A DNA stretch of 64,000 nt from positions 7,375-71,374 of the forward strand of contig JAUWQW010000002.1 in the NCBI GenBank assembly GCA_030610885.1, given 5' to 3'. Source of the DNA: Candidatus Aminicenantes bacterium (GTDB lineage Bacteria > Acidobacteriota > Aminicenantia > UBA2199). The first letter of the stretch is position 1, and each line of letters starts with the position of its first letter. This document shows, piece after piece, positions 20,936-30,580 of the stretch. The notes beneath the pieces are model-generated. The model was not told the DNA's origin and ran no database searches. It saw only the letters and a list, made by a program, of their open reading frames with translations. The position numbers and the translations under genes were made by a program.

Positions 20936-21949
20936 TTAATATCTCATTATACTTTTTTTGTAAATTTCAGAAATGATTTTATCTCTTTTTTTAATTAATT
21001 TTTTATTGATTGGAGAAAAGCCTTTATTTACTGAATTTTTGTCTAAAATCCCCATATATTTTCCAAAAAAATCTGCAGTTAAGGTTTTTGCATTGTAAAG
21101 AGACCAGTATATTTTTTTTCTTAAAGGGATCTTTAGCTTAAAAAAGGCTATAAAAGTTCTTTGAATAATCCTTATTAATATTGATTTTAAAACACCGAGT
21201 TTCCTTCTTACATAGTATATTCCAAATTCATCTATGCTTAAATATTGATCAATACACATTCTTTTCATCAAATAACTGAAACTTACTTTATGCCAGTGAT
21301 AAAATTTTGCTTTCTTGGATATTGCAATACTCTGGTTGTTGAGTATCAACTTTTTTGCAAATAACATATCTTCACCATAAGGCACATCAGGAAATTTTAA
21401 ATTTAGTAACATTTCTCTATCAATACAGGAAGAACAATTATCAAAGTTACACAGCCTTCTTCTTAATTCCGGAGGAAATTTGTTCCAGCAAAATTTCGAA
21501 ATAGGTTCTGTTATGTCATCAAAATCTTTATACCACCCATTATGTAAATAGGCATCAACAGGATCGCAAGTTTTGCTGTCAACCTGACATACTCCATATG
21601 AAGCAAGGGCTTGATTCTTAAGTACTGGTTTTGTCAATTCTGAAAGGAAGTTCTCTCCAATGGGAATAATATCATCCGTAAAAAAAATAATGTATTTACC
21701 TTTTGCAATCTCTGCTGCTTTCATTCTTGTTCCACTATGACTGAATTCCCCTTCAGGCACATTTATAATCTTTTTGTTTTTTAGCTTACTCTTTTTGAAA
21801 TAATCAATAGTCTTGTCTTTTGAGCTGTTATCCATAAAAATGATCTCATACTCATGCTCAAATTTTTGATCTAATATAGAATTAACGAGTCTTTCAATAA
21901 CTCCTATTGAATTTTTTGTAAGTACAATAATAGAAAATAGAACTTTCAT
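20936..21949 (-). CDS. family 2 glycosyltransferase
   Basis: N-terminus FSIIVLTKNSIGVIERLVNSILDQKF and FFTDDIIP (DxD-like) are typical of GT2. Confidence 0.65.
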   Translation of the reverse strand: MKVLFSIIVLTKNSIGVIERLVNSILDQKFEHEYEIIFMDNSSKDKTIDYFKKSKLKNKKIINVPEGEFSHSGTRMKAAEIAKGKYIIFFTDDIIPIGENFLSELTKPVLKNQALASYGVCQVDSKTCDPVDAYLHNGWYKDFDDITEPISKFCWNKFPPELRRRLCNFDNCSSCIDREMLLNLKFPDVPYGEDMLFAKKLILNNQSIAISKKAKFYHWHKVSFSYLMKRMCIDQYLSIDEFGIYYVRRKLGVLKSILIRIIQRTFIAFFKLKIPLRKKIYWSLYNAKTLTADFFGKYMGILDKNSVNKGFSPINKKLIKKRDKIISEIYKKSIMRY

Positions 21950-21959
21950 TTTTTTTGCC

Positions 21960-23264
21960 TTATATAGAAATATAATCTTTTAAGATTTTATAAAAAAAGG
22001 ATTTTATCTTTATATCAAATGTCTCTCTTGTAAAGAGTTTGCTCCTTTTATATGAGTTTATACTCATATCTTTAGTTATATCCTGTTTTGTGATAAGCTT
22101 AATTGAATATATGATCAATTCAGATATTGATTTAACTCTGAAGCCAGAAATATCATGCTCAACAATCTCTCTTTGGCCTCCTCCATCAAATACTATTGGA
22201 ACAAGTTTATTCTGCATGGCTTCAACAATAGTCATACCAAAATGTTCAATTAAAGAAGGATCTGTTTGATCAAGACCACAAAGATGCCAGAAAATTTTTG
22301 ATTTATTGTATAAAGATTTTAATTCATTTGCTGATGTATTAATTATTATTTCAATGTTTGTTGCTTTATTGGATTTAATAAAATCTTGAATCTTTTGTAA
22401 GTATTGATTATCTTTTTGACTCCCTCCTGCTAAAATAAGTTTCCAATTTTTTAATATTTCAGGGTACTTTTTATTTAATTTTATAAAAGCTCTTACCATT
22501 TCCATCTGTTTTTTACTTCCACTTATTTCAAAGCGTGCAACTGACAGGATAATATTTTCTTTATCAGTTTTATCAAATGATGTTTCCATATCAACAGGAG
22601 GGTAAATATGCTTGTTAGGTTGAAATTTCCATTTCTTCTTTATCCACTCTGCAGTGTATTTACTATTAAAGATTACATGTGAGTATTTATCAGCATAAAA
22701 ATAACTGGTTGCCCTTCTTTCAGGAAAATGACATATTATCATTGAGATGTTTGATAGGGGATAAACCATCTCATTCATACTGTTATTAATAAAAATATCA
22801 TAATTCCCTGTTTCCTTACTTATTACATGAAATGGGTTCTCAATTCTCTTTGAAACCATTCCAGGGTCAATATGTGATAAGTTTTTTTCAAAAAATGGAA
22901 TTTTTATGATTTTTATTTTACAATTCGAGAGATCTAAATCGTACCATTTTAAAATGTTCTGGATACTAATTTCTCTATTAGAGATCAAAGTAATGTCAAA
23001 ATCTTTCTGAAGGGCATTTGCAACTGTAAGACCATATTTTTGACCCCCACCTATAACATGAAAAGTGTGATCATAAATGGCAATAGATGGCTTTCTTATC
23101 TTTAAAACAACTTCAGTTCTCAAAATAGTATTAAATGCCCCTTGAATTCCTGATTTTTCAGCAATTTTATATATCTCTTTTTTAAATTCTGTAAGTTCTT
23201 TGGAAGGATTATTGATTATATTTTTTATTATTTCTCTCTGTTTATCATTAATATTTATTTCCAT
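21960..23264 (-). CDS. group 1 (GT4-like) glycosyltransferase
   Basis: C-terminal EHFGMTIVEAMQNKLVPIVFDGGGQRE matches the GT-B/GT4 E-x7-E region. Confidence 0.7.
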   Translation of the reverse strand: MEININDKQREIIKNIINNPSKELTEFKKEIYKIAEKSGIQGAFNTILRTEVVLKIRKPSIAIYDHTFHVIGGGQKYGLTVANALQKDFDITLISNREISIQNILKWYDLDLSNCKIKIIKIPFFEKNLSHIDPGMVSKRIENPFHVISKETGNYDIFINNSMNEMVYPLSNISMIICHFPERRATSYFYADKYSHVIFNSKYTAEWIKKKWKFQPNKHIYPPVDMETSFDKTDKENIILSVARFEISGSKKQMEMVRAFIKLNKKYPEILKNWKLILAGGSQKDNQYLQKIQDFIKSNKATNIEIIINTSANELKSLYNKSKIFWHLCGLDQTDPSLIEHFGMTIVEAMQNKLVPIVFDGGGQREIVEHDISGFRVKSISELIIYSIKLITKQDITKDMSINSYKRSKLFTRETFDIKIKSFFYKILKDYISI

Positions 23265-23284
23265 TTAACTCTTGCTTTAAATCA

Positions 23285-23779
23285 TTACTGTTTATTCTTG
23301 TTTTTATCAAGAATCGACTCAATTTTTTCATGCATTATATCCTGGTTTTGTTCTATTTCTTTTATTTGTTTTTCGATATCTTTCAATTTCTCTTCGTTTT
23401 TCCTGAAACGAATAAAGGATGCAAGATGAAAAGCAACCAGTTCTTCATTAAATTTTCTCTGTTTTTCCAGGATCGTATTTGTATAAATATTCGATAATTT
23501 CATAAATAATCTTTTTACAAAAACAATTGGTTTACCAAGTATTTTCCTATGTGAAGATATTGATCGTTTATCAGGTCTTGGGTCAATATCTTCATTTAAA
23601 AATGATAGGCGGTTTCCCATCTCATTATCAAGTTCTTTTTCAGATAATTCCCATAAGTTAATTTCAAAATCTCTATCAATATCCTCTTTTATAAGTTCTT
23701 TAATATCATTGATTTCTTTTTTTTTATTATAAATTTCTTGTTTTATATCCTTTATTTCATCTTTTATCTTTTTTTCCAT
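23285..23779 (-). CDS. hypothetical coiled-coil protein
   Basis: 164 aa, Lys/Glu-rich heptad-like ends. No recognisable domain. Confidence 0.35.
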   Translation of the reverse strand: MEKKIKDEIKDIKQEIYNKKKEINDIKELIKEDIDRDFEINLWELSEKELDNEMGNRLSFLNEDIDPRPDKRSISSHRKILGKPIVFVKRLFMKLSNIYTNTILEKQRKFNEELVAFHLASFIRFRKNEEKLKDIEKQIKEIEQNQDIMHEKIESILDKNKNKQ

Positions 23780-23848
23780 TATAAAATCTCAGAGAGATAT
23801 ATATCATTTTTCTATTATTTTAACAAGTATAAAAAATGGGATGCTATT

Positions 23849-24655
23849 TTAGTCTAATTGTCCTTGAAGTTGCACTATTCCCACAAGGGAATCATTGTAA
23901 CGCTCTTTATATTTTGAGAAGATCTCAACATCTTTTCTTGTGTAATATGGCTTGGCTTTGAGTTCTTTTTTAAGGCCTTCAATACCTTCTTTTGCAGCTT
24001 GTTTTGCAACTTCAGCCATTTTCCTCATACCCTCTTTCTGTTGTGATGTTAGATAGGTTTCCTTAGTTAAATCTCCTAAATCTGCAGTTTTAAGGCTTGT
24101 TTCAATGCTCATAAGTAATTTATATAAAAAGTCAACCTTAGGTGCACGTTTAGCAATTTCAACAGCTTCTTCTAAGTTCTCAAAACCAGCTTCTTTTACA
24201 AGCGCTTCTATTTGTTCTTTAGTTGGACGTGCAGCATCGATTTTCTTTTTTATCTCTTCCTGCATTTTGTTTATTTTCTCTTCATCTTTTGTGCTCATTG
24301 CTTCTATTTTTTTCCCCATTTCGTTCGAAAGTGTTCCCATGGTTTTTCCAAATTCATTAAAGATTTTTTCTACCTGTGGAGCAGCTTTAAGCAATTTTTT
24401 CCAGGATTCTTCACTTACATATGGTTCTCCTTTACTTAAAACATCTTCGAATTCAGCAATAGCATGTGTTGGAAAATATTTATCTTTATTACTTTTCGTG
24501 GTGGCAACCTCTGTCTTGCTTTCTTTAACTTCTGCAACTTCCTGAGTCGTTTTCACATCTTTGGTTACTTGTTCATCCTTTTTTGTGGTTGAACCATTTT
24601 TAGAACAATATACTGATAAAAAAACAAAGAGTATAATAATTAAAAATTTTTTCAT
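23849..24655 (-). CDS. hypothetical lipoprotein
   Basis: Signal peptide with lipobox LSVYC|S. Lys/Glu-rich mature part. Confidence 0.45.
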   Translation of the reverse strand: MKKFLIIILFVFLSVYCSKNGSTTKKDEQVTKDVKTTQEVAEVKESKTEVATTKSNKDKYFPTHAIAEFEDVLSKGEPYVSEESWKKLLKAAPQVEKIFNEFGKTMGTLSNEMGKKIEAMSTKDEEKINKMQEEIKKKIDAARPTKEQIEALVKEAGFENLEEAVEIAKRAPKVDFLYKLLMSIETSLKTADLGDLTKETYLTSQQKEGMRKMAEVAKQAAKEGIEGLKKELKAKPYYTRKDVEIFSKYKERYNDSLVGIVQLQGQLD

Positions 24656-24720
24656 TTTCCCCTCCAGATTTATACTAAAAGCCTTAAATTAAAATGTCAA
24701 CAAATATTTAAAAAAAAATC

Positions 24721-24766
24721 AAAAAAATTAGTCTATTTTATTGACAATTAACTTCTAATGGATGAC
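24721..24766. repeat. 46-bp direct repeat copy A (AAAAAAATTAGTCTAT-N4-TTGACAATTAACTTCYAATGGATGAC), 42/46 identical to copy B at 30581-30626
   Basis: Direct visual alignment of the two copies; they bracket the 5.8-kb Avs-containing block. Confidence 0.8.
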
Positions 24767-27700
24767 CCCAGAATTCACACGCCCCCGTGCGGGAGGACAA
24801 CAGCCATAGGCTTTTAGTGAAATTTACCTGCTAGATTTTCTTATATATTTACCAGCGGTCATGTGCGGTTACTATGCTATCTACTCCGTAAATCTCATGG
24901 GAAAGCATAAGGTCGATCAAATCGAGAATTTTTTTTCTCGCCTCCGCGTTCGATTCAGATGATGTGTATTCGCGCTTCAGAAGATCCTGGAGCTGATGCA
25001 CATCGGTACTGAGCCGTCTATGTTGATCGCCTTTCTCCGTAATATCTGTGATGACTTGTTGAGTCGCTTCAATAACAAGATCAAGCACGTCACAAGTAGC
25101 ATCTTCCAGCATGTGCAAAATAGAGAACCCGTTATCCGGGAAAGCTGGTGATTTCAAAAACACAGCCGCGAGCTCTCGATATAACTCAACTTCTTTTGCT
25201 TGAACATTTCTGAATGCGTTTGCAGCTTTATTGCGAACTTGCTCATCTTCATCGAAGAAAAACTCTTTTAAAAGGGCTTCGGTGCGATGCCTATTCTCAG
25301 CCCAATTTATTGCATCACCTGTAACAGCAGACAAAAGCCGTCGATGATCAATGCTTACAGAAGTCAGATTATCGGCTTTGTCAATGTAGGCTTCGTTTTG
25401 AAAGCTTTCGCAGAACACAAGCCATGCTCCTATTAGTTCTTTTGTTTCGTCCCCGCTTTTTAACAGTTTTGTGACAAGTTCGTCAGCGAGTTCTGGTAAC
25501 CAATAGAAAATATACGGAAATAAGTGAATACCAGTATGGGTAATGAGTGGAGAAAGGCGCGTTGCATCGTATTGGTGTGGCGTACCATCCGGAAGGATAA
25601 TCAACCTGCGAATTGAATCAGAAAAACGCTTCTTGTTCATATTGAATAAAGGTGTCAGCGGTTTCATCATACAGCATCGCACACTGATTAGTGTCTCTTT
25701 CTCAAGAGCGATTTCAATTGCTTTCCAGACTCGGATCTCTGTCTTTGGAACTTTCCACAGAATAGAACCCAATGCTTCCCACGCCCTACCACGCGCATTG
25801 ATACCACGGATATGAAAACACTCACCTCGTTGAACGAGCATATTGATGTCTATTGTTTCGCGTTCTGTATTCTGTTCATCTGAATCTTCATTCTCATTCG
25901 CTTCTCCGTTCAGGGCATACCAAACCAATATTTCTAGTATTTCAGAATCGCCAGCGACATGAGGATGTCTTTCGAGTAACCGAGCGATATCACTGCCAAA
26001 AGGCTTATCTGGATGCTGGTGAGCACGTTTAATTGCTTGAGTTAACGATATATCAGAAGGAGCTTCCGCCTCTGCCAAACCCCATAGAATATTTTCGGTA
26101 TATGAGTGGTGAGCTGTGTCAGGGATTTTCAGACTTAAATCTGAGAACCGAATTGGGTCTTTTTTGGTAGCTTCCTGAAGTTCTCTAGCGAGCTCTCTCG
26201 CTCCGCCATCAATAAAATTGCGACCTCGACGTCTATCTTCATCATTGTCGTAGCGTTTTATTACAGACAACCAATGATGGTCTTTCATCCTATCACATTG
26301 TGCCCGCTTGATTGGAGAACCAACACAATGCAACTCCATATGGTTTGGCTCCGCAATTTTTTCTTTTGGAAATTTTCGGCGGAGTCCATACAGGCGTGAC
26401 TGAGTAACCGAATTGAGCAACTCTTCACCTATTGTTTCGAGAATACACCATTGCTTGTATCCTGAGAGATTAAGGTAACGTATGACTCTCTTTTTTGTCC
26501 GAAAGGGTTCTGTTTCGCCCTTCTGATTGATTTCTCTAAGAAGGCGAATAGCAAGATCGATTTCCGGGGTATGGTCGAGAATAGCCTGTTCAACAACCTT
26601 CTTCTCTCCAGAATTTAGATGCGGCAACGCCACATGGCAAGTATGGGCAAACGACAACCAATCAGCTCCATCCCAACCGGCACCAAAAACCATTTCGTTG
26701 GTTACAAGCGTGGATAAACGGTTCCCAAAAACAGTTGGGTTGGCTTGAATTATTTCTAAATGCAAATGCATCAGGCATTCATGCTTATAGGGATCAAGTT
26801 TTTCAAGATAGATGGTTGCTGTCTCTGGATCTTCTTGAGCAATTTTCTTGAGAGATGTACGGTACATTCCCAGAAATTCATCAAATCCGAAACGATGTCC
26901 CGAGTATGTTCTATAATTAAAATTGTACCAGCTTCCCCCGGTTTCACCTTCCGCAATCACCATGTCAATCGAACGGACTATTGCGTCAGTCGTCCCTAGC
27001 AAAAATGTTTGCGGTGTTTTTTTTGCAATCTCGGCAAGAGAGTGGGTGTCAATCGCTTTCAACTCGTCGTGCTCAAACGGATTACACCCGGGATTAAATG
27101 CAAACCAAGCCTCGAAAAGCGAATAAAGAATGCGCCCACAACGCTCAGGTGATTTTTTTCCCCATGTATGTAGCAACATCATAATGCGATGCCCTTGATC
27201 CTGGAACAGATCGTTGGGGTGCGAATTGATTACATCTTCGCATAATTGCAGAAGATCATCATCAGGTTTTCCACGTCTAACAAAACCGAACCAATTTAGG
27301 AGTCGTTTTGCACGTTCCGTATCGCTGCCCCACCAAGAACGTAATAGACTTGCGACTTCTGCTGGCCGTTCCCCTGCAATATTGGAAAGCCACCACAACA
27401 CCATTTCAGCACGTTCTTTGTCGTCACCGTCAATTTGCTTTGGAATCCAACTTTTTTCATTCAGCAAATCAAACCATGCATGAGTGGACAAAACCGCATT
27501 ACGGAAAAGCAGATGGAACTTTCCGCTTTGCTCATCAAATCGAGAAATTATCTCAAATTCCTGTTCACTAGGTTTTTCGACAGAGTTTAACCATTGGCAG
27601 ATAGCAGTCTTAATATGAAAGCGAATATCGTTACTTGAAAGAACCGACGAAAGTTCGATGAGATAACGCTGAAAATCATTTTGCCTTAAAGCTTCAAGAA

Positions 27701-29580
27701 TCTGCCGTACTTGTGTCCGCCGAAAAAGATGCTGTTCTGTTGCTGTAAGCAGATCAACTAAGCTCACGTCTTGATTTACAAATGCTCTTGCATAGATATG
27801 ATCAAAAAAGCTCTCGTGGAAAAAATTAACTTGACCACGAGACGAAATAATCAATCCTTCGGATGTCAAAATATCGACAGCGCCTAGAAAGGCATCCAAA
27901 ACCGAAACTGGAGCACTCAATTTTTGCCGCTCGCTCATCCAATTACACATGACTGTCAATGGCTGGACCAGTGACCAAGGCGGTTTTCGTTCTTTTGTTA
28001 TGGTGCGCTGTTTTTTCTCGATCAGTTTTTCGTGCAAATTTGATCGGGAATAAAATGAAAATTCCGAATCATCGATTTCCAGAAAAACTGCAAGATTAAT
28101 AGGTAAGCGAAGCAATTGGCGTTGTGGTTCATTTAACGAAGATGCATCAACGTCTTTATTTTTCAGAAGCGGCTCGATATCTGCTTTCCAATCAAGTAAG
28201 GGGACATCAATCGTTTTTGCTCGATTAGCCTCTTTCAGTCTCTTTAACCTCGGATCACTATCCAGATCAAATGTTCGGCACACAACGACAATTCTAACAC
28301 CTCCGAAATTGTGCGCATCGGTAATCAGCCGAAATATAACTTCTTTAACCTGTCCATCACGGCCCGATACCTCGCTGACAGCATCAACTTGATCAATAAA
28401 CAGAATGGAAGGTGTGGTTGGGAATGTCCCCTTCAGAGTGCTGACAGGGCCTTCTTCTCTGCCTGTCAGTTTCTTTCCGAGTTCCTCCCTTGTGCCGCAC
28501 GATAAATAGTGGTCAACTCTAAGTGCTAAATGAGGAACGTTGAGTTCACGGAGTTGCTCGATTACACCACGTACAATACCCGATTTTCCAGAACCAGCAA
28601 TACCCGTCAACAACACTAATTCTGGACCATCAGATTTGAGTATTTCATCGACAAGAGTGCCTGATTGACCCCTGGGAATCGTCTCTCCACCTGCGCCAAA
28701 AGGTGTATATGTTTGAAGATATGCTTCGGTTTCATCTTTCAACCGCTGTTGAATAGTAGGGTCAAACGCCCATTCCTTAAACTTCAGCACCCCTTGTAAT
28801 TTTATAGCATTTCGTGCAGATTCTGACGTAAGGGTTTTATTAAAATTATTTTCAAGGATATCTCGAAGATTAGGATAAGCAGCTTTCCCGCCACTTTGGA
28901 AGTATAGATCATCGTGAGATTCAATAAATAAGTCCAGGTCTATTTCAGAAATGATTCTAACATAGCTTCGTTTAAGCCAGTCGAATGCGACTTCATCGGG
29001 CTGCTGCCACTCATTTTTTAATTGCTGAAAGGAACCATTTTGATCCCCAGAAAGTATTTCCGCATATTGTTCATGTGAGTTTGAAATCCGCGCTTTTTCT
29101 GTAAGGGTTCTAAAATCTTTAGCATTGTCTTGAGAGACAAAATAGCAATATGCCTTCTTATCTGCCAATAACCGATTAGCAAATGCTTTTAATACTCCCT
29201 CTTTCTTAAGAGCATTTATTGTCCAGTTTCCTTTTGGAGCATTAACCTTGGTTTGATGCCACTCTGTAATTTCCCCACGAGCAATCGCAAATTCGAAACC
29301 TTGATATTCTGTTTCAACACCTTCGAAATTCAACCAATGTGCCTTGTCAGCAATTACATCCATTAGAGATCGGACCAGCCACTTCGCTTCGTATCGATTT
29401 CCGAGTTTATCTGCTATTCCACCTGGTATCATTTTAGGTCAGTCCAAATATTAGTTTTCATCCTAATGGGAAAAGACAATTTTATTTCACTCATATGCTC
29501 TTTATTGGACGACTGCATTTGCTGCCACAACAGAATACATAACGGTGGAAGTGAGAAAAAAAATAGAGTCATCCATTAGT
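24755..29580. mobile_element. compositionally foreign (visibly GC-richer) ~4.8-kb cassette bounded by a perfect 12-bp inverted repeat CTAATGGATGAC (24755-24766 and 29569-29580), carrying one gene (Avs-like STAND NTPase); no transposase/integrase inside
   Basis: Sharp base-composition shift coincident with the inverted-repeat ends; both terminal repeats read directly from the sequence. Confidence 0.5.
24849..29432 (-). CDS. antiviral STAND (Avs)-like NTPase: N-terminal Cap4/DUF4297-like PD-(D/E)xK nuclease domain, P-loop NTPase, long C-terminal helical-repeat sensor region
   Basis: 1527 aa. N-terminus GG...G.RYEAKW...D....EGVETE...EFAI..GEITEWHQTKV fits the D-E-QxK nuclease pattern. Walker A LLTGIAGSGKSG, Walker B-like SILFIDQVDAV, then ~1100 aa of helical repeats. 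Foreign GC content. Confidence 0.7.
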   Translation of the reverse strand: MIPGGIADKLGNRYEAKWLVRSLMDVIADKAHWLNFEGVETEYQGFEFAIARGEITEWHQTKVNAPKGNWTINALKKEGVLKAFANRLLADKKAYCYFVSQDNAKDFRTLTEKARISNSHEQYAEILSGDQNGSFQQLKNEWQQPDEVAFDWLKRSYVRIISEIDLDLFIESHDDLYFQSGGKAAYPNLRDILENNFNKTLTSESARNAIKLQGVLKFKEWAFDPTIQQRLKDETEAYLQTYTPFGAGGETIPRGQSGTLVDEILKSDGPELVLLTGIAGSGKSGIVRGVIEQLRELNVPHLALRVDHYLSCGTREELGKKLTGREEGPVSTLKGTFPTTPSILFIDQVDAVSEVSGRDGQVKEVIFRLITDAHNFGGVRIVVVCRTFDLDSDPRLKRLKEANRAKTIDVPLLDWKADIEPLLKNKDVDASSLNEPQRQLLRLPINLAVFLEIDDSEFSFYSRSNLHEKLIEKKQRTITKERKPPWSLVQPLTVMCNWMSERQKLSAPVSVLDAFLGAVDILTSEGLIISSRGQVNFFHESFFDHIYARAFVNQDVSLVDLLTATEQHLFRRTQVRQILEALRQNDFQRYLIELSSVLSSNDIRFHIKTAICQWLNSVEKPSEQEFEIISRFDEQSGKFHLLFRNAVLSTHAWFDLLNEKSWIPKQIDGDDKERAEMVLWWLSNIAGERPAEVASLLRSWWGSDTERAKRLLNWFGFVRRGKPDDDLLQLCEDVINSHPNDLFQDQGHRIMMLLHTWGKKSPERCGRILYSLFEAWFAFNPGCNPFEHDELKAIDTHSLAEIAKKTPQTFLLGTTDAIVRSIDMVIAEGETGGSWYNFNYRTYSGHRFGFDEFLGMYRTSLKKIAQEDPETATIYLEKLDPYKHECLMHLHLEIIQANPTVFGNRLSTLVTNEMVFGAGWDGADWLSFAHTCHVALPHLNSGEKKVVEQAILDHTPEIDLAIRLLREINQKGETEPFRTKKRVIRYLNLSGYKQWCILETIGEELLNSVTQSRLYGLRRKFPKEKIAEPNHMELHCVGSPIKRAQCDRMKDHHWLSVIKRYDNDEDRRRGRNFIDGGARELARELQEATKKDPIRFSDLSLKIPDTAHHSYTENILWGLAEAEAPSDISLTQAIKRAHQHPDKPFGSDIARLLERHPHVAGDSEILEILVWYALNGEANENEDSDEQNTERETIDINMLVQRGECFHIRGINARGRAWEALGSILWKVPKTEIRVWKAIEIALEKETLISVRCCMMKPLTPLFNMNKKRFSDSIRRLIILPDGTPHQYDATRLSPLITHTGIHLFPYIFYWLPELADELVTKLLKSGDETKELIGAWLVFCESFQNEAYIDKADNLTSVSIDHRRLLSAVTGDAINWAENRHRTEALLKEFFFDEDEQVRNKAANAFRNVQAKEVELYRELAAVFLKSPAFPDNGFSILHMLEDATCDVLDLVIEATQQVITDITEKGDQHRRLSTDVHQLQDLLKREYTSSESNAEARKKILDLIDLMLSHEIYGVDSIVTAHDRW

Positions 29581-29592
29581 TATTAGTTTATT

Positions 29593-29949
29593 TTAAGAAT
29601 TAATCCGAATTTGCGATAAAATGCTATGAATTAAGGAAGATCCTATTTGTCCAGGACTTACATTTATTCCATCCTTTTTTTTATAATTTTCTGCTATTGA
29701 TTCTAATTTTTGCCAATCCCCTTCAATTAAAGGTATTTTATTACGCTCCTTTGTTGCTCCTCTTAATTTTGGGCGTCCTCCTGTTGAAATTAACCTTTTT
29801 AAAATAAACTTACGTAAAGTAAACAAAGAAATAGGATTCCTTTTAGGGTCTATTTTAATCCCGATTTCTTTTGCCCCTAAAGTATCTGCAATAAGTCTAT
29901 GACTGATCCTTTTCTGATTTTTAGTTGTATCTTTAATTGTTTTTGTCAT
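29593..29949 (-). CDS. hypothetical small basic protein (possible DNA-binding; GGRPKL motif)
   Basis: 118 aa, AT-rich unlike the adjacent Avs gene. Second gene of a two-gene unit with its own promoter. Confidence 0.4.
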   Translation of the reverse strand: MTKTIKDTTKNQKRISHRLIADTLGAKEIGIKIDPKRNPISLFTLRKFILKRLISTGGRPKLRGATKERNKIPLIEGDWQKLESIAENYKKKDGINVSPGQIGSSLIHSILSQIRINS

Positions 29950-29966
29950 TTTTCCAAACCTCCTTA

Positions 29967-30413
29967 TTATTTCTTATCAAAATTTGAAATTCTAAAAAAT
30001 TTTCCATCAAACTCAAATACAATTTCTCCTTGATTACTTTCACGACCAAAACAGTGTAAAAATTCTCTGAGGGATTTTAAATTATCCAAAAAATTGTCCG
30101 CTTTTATATATGTGTAAACTATTGTAGTTTTTTCCCAAATTATATCCTCATCTCTTAAAGATGAAATGTCTTTATCATTCTTCTGAGGTATTAACCAACT
30201 CCCATCTGCCGGTGGTAATGAGGTTGCCCCCCCTCCTATGATTGTAAGTAAAGCTCTGGCCCTTTTTATCCAAGCATCAAGTTTTTTTATTTTATTTCCA
30301 TTTTTATCTTTGTTTGGAATATATAATGCTAATTGTTGAGTCGAGGGTTCTTCATCAGCACCCAAAATTTTTGCTAAGCTTAATTTGATTGTATCTAATA
30401 TTTTATCTACCAT
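29967..30413 (-). CDS. hypothetical protein; start refined to ATG 30413 (MVDKILD...)
   Basis: The longer ORF from 30470 would run through its own promoter. GAGGTGA RBS 5 nt upstream of ATG 30411-30413. Confidence 0.45.
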   Translation of the reverse strand: MVDKILDTIKLSLAKILGADEEPSTQQLALYIPNKDKNGNKIKKLDAWIKRARALLTIIGGGATSLPPADGSWLIPQKNDKDISSLRDEDIIWEKTTIVYTYIKADNFLDNLKSLREFLHCFGRESNQGEIVFEFDGKFFRISNFDKK

Positions 30414-30438
30414 ATTTCTCACCTCATTCTCTAATATA

Positions 30439-30467
30439 AATATAATACTTTTGGGGTCAAATGTCAA
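30439..30467 (-). promoter_or_regulatory. sigma70-type promoter TTGACA-N17-TATATT driving the 29967-30413 / 29593-29949 genes (and possibly the Avs gene)
   Basis: Minus-strand TTGACA at 30467-30462 and TATATT at 30444-30439, followed by RBS GAGGTGA. Confidence 0.45.
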
Positions 30468-30580
30468 CATAAAAAATAAATAATTAAGATATCTCTTTTT
30501 AAAACAAATGAGAACGGTTGAAATGTTTAAAAATATAACAGCAGCTAAAGTTGAATATTTTTTTAAAACCAGATAAAATA

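Noticed and set aside
24766-24848. CACGCCCCCGTGCGGGAGG downstream of the Avs stop as an intrinsic terminator
   Set aside because: The sequence is not a clean inverted repeat when paired (CCCCCGTGCGGG versus its complement mismatch) and lacks a following U-run on the coding strand.
25543-28505. Multiple 60-90-aa plus-strand ORFs inside the Avs gene
   Set aside because: Antisense to a long, well-supported CDS in GC-richer DNA, where random ORFs are expected. No independent signals.
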